Shown here in pieces: positions 22,261 to 24,000 of a DNA stretch of 24,000 nucleotides (positions are counted from its first letter, which is position 1; each line of letters starts with the position of its first letter). The notes below the pieces were generated by a model. It searched no databases. It was not told where the DNA came from and worked only from the letters and a program-made list of their open reading frames with translations. The position numbers were made by a program, and so were the translations under genes. The stretch comes from Tsukamurella sp. 8F (GTDB lineage Bacteria; Actinomycetota; Actinomycetes; Mycobacteriales; Mycobacteriaceae): assembly GCF_029167375.1 (NCBI RefSeq), contig NZ_JARFTP010000011.1, forward strand, positions 41,710 to 65,709, written 5' to 3'.

Positions 22261-23562
22261 TTACAGAACATCGACGTCTGTCAGCGAATTTGTGACTGAG
22301 GGTGGAGGTGTTATCTGAGTGAAGCGCTCCGGGTTCGCGTCCGACAGTCGCCCGATCGTCGCCGCGACCCGTAGGACGAAGGCGTCGCGAGGGTTCTGAG
22401 GGTCTCTCCCAGTGATCTCTGCGATCTTCTTAAGGCGGTACCGAACGGTGTTCGGGTGGACGTACAGCTCCCGGGCGCAGGACTCGACCGCGCCGCCGGA
22501 GTCGAGATAGGCGTCGAGGGTGTCGGACAGGGCCGAGCCCGCGTCCTGCAGTGGCTTCACGAGGAACTCGTACAGGGTGCGGCTCGCGTGCCGGTCCCCG
22601 ATGAGCGCGCGCTCGGGCAGGAGCTCCCAGCTGTGCACGGGCCGCGGCGCCCCCGGCCACCCCGCGACCGCATTGACGCCGGCGATCGCCTCGACCGCCG
22701 AGGCGTGCGCGTCCTCGAGGGTGGGGGTGGTGTGCCCGATGACGACGGGGCCGTCGGAGAAATGCCCCATGAGGGCCTCGGCGAAGACGTCGTGCGTGGA
22801 CACGGGGCCGGACACGATGACCACCAGCTTCGTCCCCTGCACGACCGCCAGAGCCGCCCGCTGATGCGAGCGGGCCGTGTCGTGGATCGACCCGGCGACC
22901 GACACGTTCTGGTCCGGCGGGGGATTCCCGACGATGACGGTGGCCCGCGCCTGGGGGTCCCAGTTCAGGGCGGCCGCTCGGGACAGCAGGTTCGCGCCGG
23001 TGTCACCGCGCACCACCGCGTCGACGACGAGGGCCTCCATCCGAGAGTCCCACGCGCCGCGAGCCTCGGCCGCCGACGCGTATATAGAGGCCGCCGCGAA
23101 CCCGATCTCCCGCCCGTAGCGCAGGACGGCCTCGGTCAGCGCGACCAGCTGCTCCTCGTTGCGAGCGAGTAGCGGCAGCCATTTCTCGAAGAACTCCATG
23201 GCCACACGGACCATCTCGACGGTCTGCAACAGCGACACCCGTCGCGCCAGGTCCTGCGGGACGGACTGGAACGCCTCCACGGTGAAGCCGACGCTGCCCT
23301 CAGGGTCCTGAATCCACTCGACGAAGTTGACGACCGCGGTCTGCACGACCAGCTGGATCGACGCGCGCTGGCTCGCCTCCAGTGTCTCGAAGTACGGCAG
23401 TTGCTCCGCCATCGAGTGGACCGCATCGGTGGAGACCCTGCCCGAGTACTGCCGAATACGGTTCAGCAGTGACTCGGGCAGCACCTCCCGCGGCTCGGGC
23501 CGGTTCCGCGCGAAGGCGCGGTCCGTCTTCCCGGGCCTCGGAAACGAGCCGGTGTCGGTCAT
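22261..23562 (-). CDS. mabR: PucR-family transcriptional regulator, FAS-II regulator MabR/FasR type
   Basis: C-terminal PucR HTH (LYVHPNTVRYRLKKIAEITGRD). Position between aceE and fabD is identical to Rv2242. Confidence 0.8.
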   Translation of the reverse strand: MTDTGSFPRPGKTDRAFARNRPEPREVLPESLLNRIRQYSGRVSTDAVHSMAEQLPYFETLEASQRASIQLVVQTAVVNFVEWIQDPEGSVGFTVEAFQSVPQDLARRVSLLQTVEMVRVAMEFFEKWLPLLARNEEQLVALTEAVLRYGREIGFAAASIYASAAEARGAWDSRMEALVVDAVVRGDTGANLLSRAAALNWDPQARATVIVGNPPPDQNVSVAGSIHDTARSHQRAALAVVQGTKLVVIVSGPVSTHDVFAEALMGHFSDGPVVIGHTTPTLEDAHASAVEAIAGVNAVAGWPGAPRPVHSWELLPERALIGDRHASRTLYEFLVKPLQDAGSALSDTLDAYLDSGGAVESCARELYVHPNTVRYRLKKIAEITGRDPQNPRDAFVLRVAATIGRLSDANPERFTQITPPPSVTNSLTDVDVL

Positions 23563-23568
23563 AGCCCC

Positions 23569-24000
23569 CTACGCTACGCCGGGGTCCGACGTCTGCTCCG
23601 GAGCGGCGAGCACGTCGTCGATCCGGTATTTCTTCGCCGCCTCGGCCGCGACCGAGAAGTCCAGTTCTCCGTCACGAGCGAGGCCGAGCAGGACCGCGAC
23701 CACGATCGACTGGGCGTCGACGTTGAAGAAGCGCCGTGCGGCCGGGCGGGTGTCCGAGAACCCGAACCCGTCGGTGCCGAGCGTGACATACGTGCCCGGG
23801 ACCCATGCGCGGATCAGGTCCTGTGTCCCGCGCATGAAGTCCGATACCGCCACCGTCGGGCCCTGGGCGTCGGCGAGCACCTTGGTCACGTGCGGCACGC
23901 GCGCCGGGGCGGACGGGTCCCGTAGGGCGTCGCGCTCCGCGGCGATGCCGTCACGCTGCAACTCCACCCAACTGGTCGCCGAGTAAACCGAGGCGGATAC
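23569..24000 (-). CDS. aceE: Pyruvate dehydrogenase E1 component, C-terminal end (5' part outside the window)
   Basis: [33 protein letters not shown] matches the conserved AceE C-terminal block. The frame is open to the window edge. Synteny with mabR and fabD. Confidence 0.8.
   Translation of the reverse strand, partial: VSASVYSATSWVELQRDGIAAERDALRDPSAPARVPHVTKVLADAQGPTVAVSDFMRGTQDLIRAWVPGTYVTLGTDGFGFSDTRPAARRFFNVDAQSIVVAVLLGLARDGELDFSVAAEAAKKYRIDDVLAAPEQTSDPGVA

Noticed and set aside
19433-22295. 601-aa and 375-aa plus-strand ORFs antisense to kasA, acpM and fabD
   Set aside because: They are shadow frames opposite unmistakable FAS-II genes.

Overview
High-GC chromosomal segment from a mycolic-acid-producing actinobacterium (order Mycobacteriales). 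Two blocks are syntenic with M. tuberculosis as I recall it: dnaG then tRNA-Asn (Rv2343c region), and aceE, mabR, fabD, acpM, kasA (Rv2241-Rv2245). About 29 credible CDS, one decayed gene and 2 tRNAs are supported. They include a MarR-centred electrophile/redox cluster (DinB/DUF664, nitroreductase, MarR, DinB-fold protein, decayed methyltransferase), an enoyl-CoA hydratase, an LpqN-like exported protein, and a soluble class III adenylate cyclase with a small upstream ORF. An accessory cluster abuts tRNA-Met: VOC, a DprE1 paralogue, alpha/beta hydrolase, fatty-acid-hydroxylase-family membrane enzyme and an AraC regulator. Also present are YjdF/DUF2992 and DUF2510 proteins, a serine hydrolase, DUF3145, and two large low-complexity exported proteins. 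No CRISPR array, transposase, integrase or recognisable defence system was seen. The best candidates for undescribed biology are two. (1) An orphan DprE1 paralogue whose benzothiazinone-target Cys and neighbouring Asn are both Thr; it has no DprE2 partner and sits in the AraC-linked hydrolase/hydroxylase cluster. (2) A 720-aa Tat/Sec-exported protein almost free of Lys, Arg and Cys, plus a Trp/Pro-motif, Gly/Ala-rich lipoprotein; both may be surface or envelope proteins. All family calls come from motif recognition by eye and none was checked against a database. The many long antisense ORFs in the track are GC-rich shadow frames.
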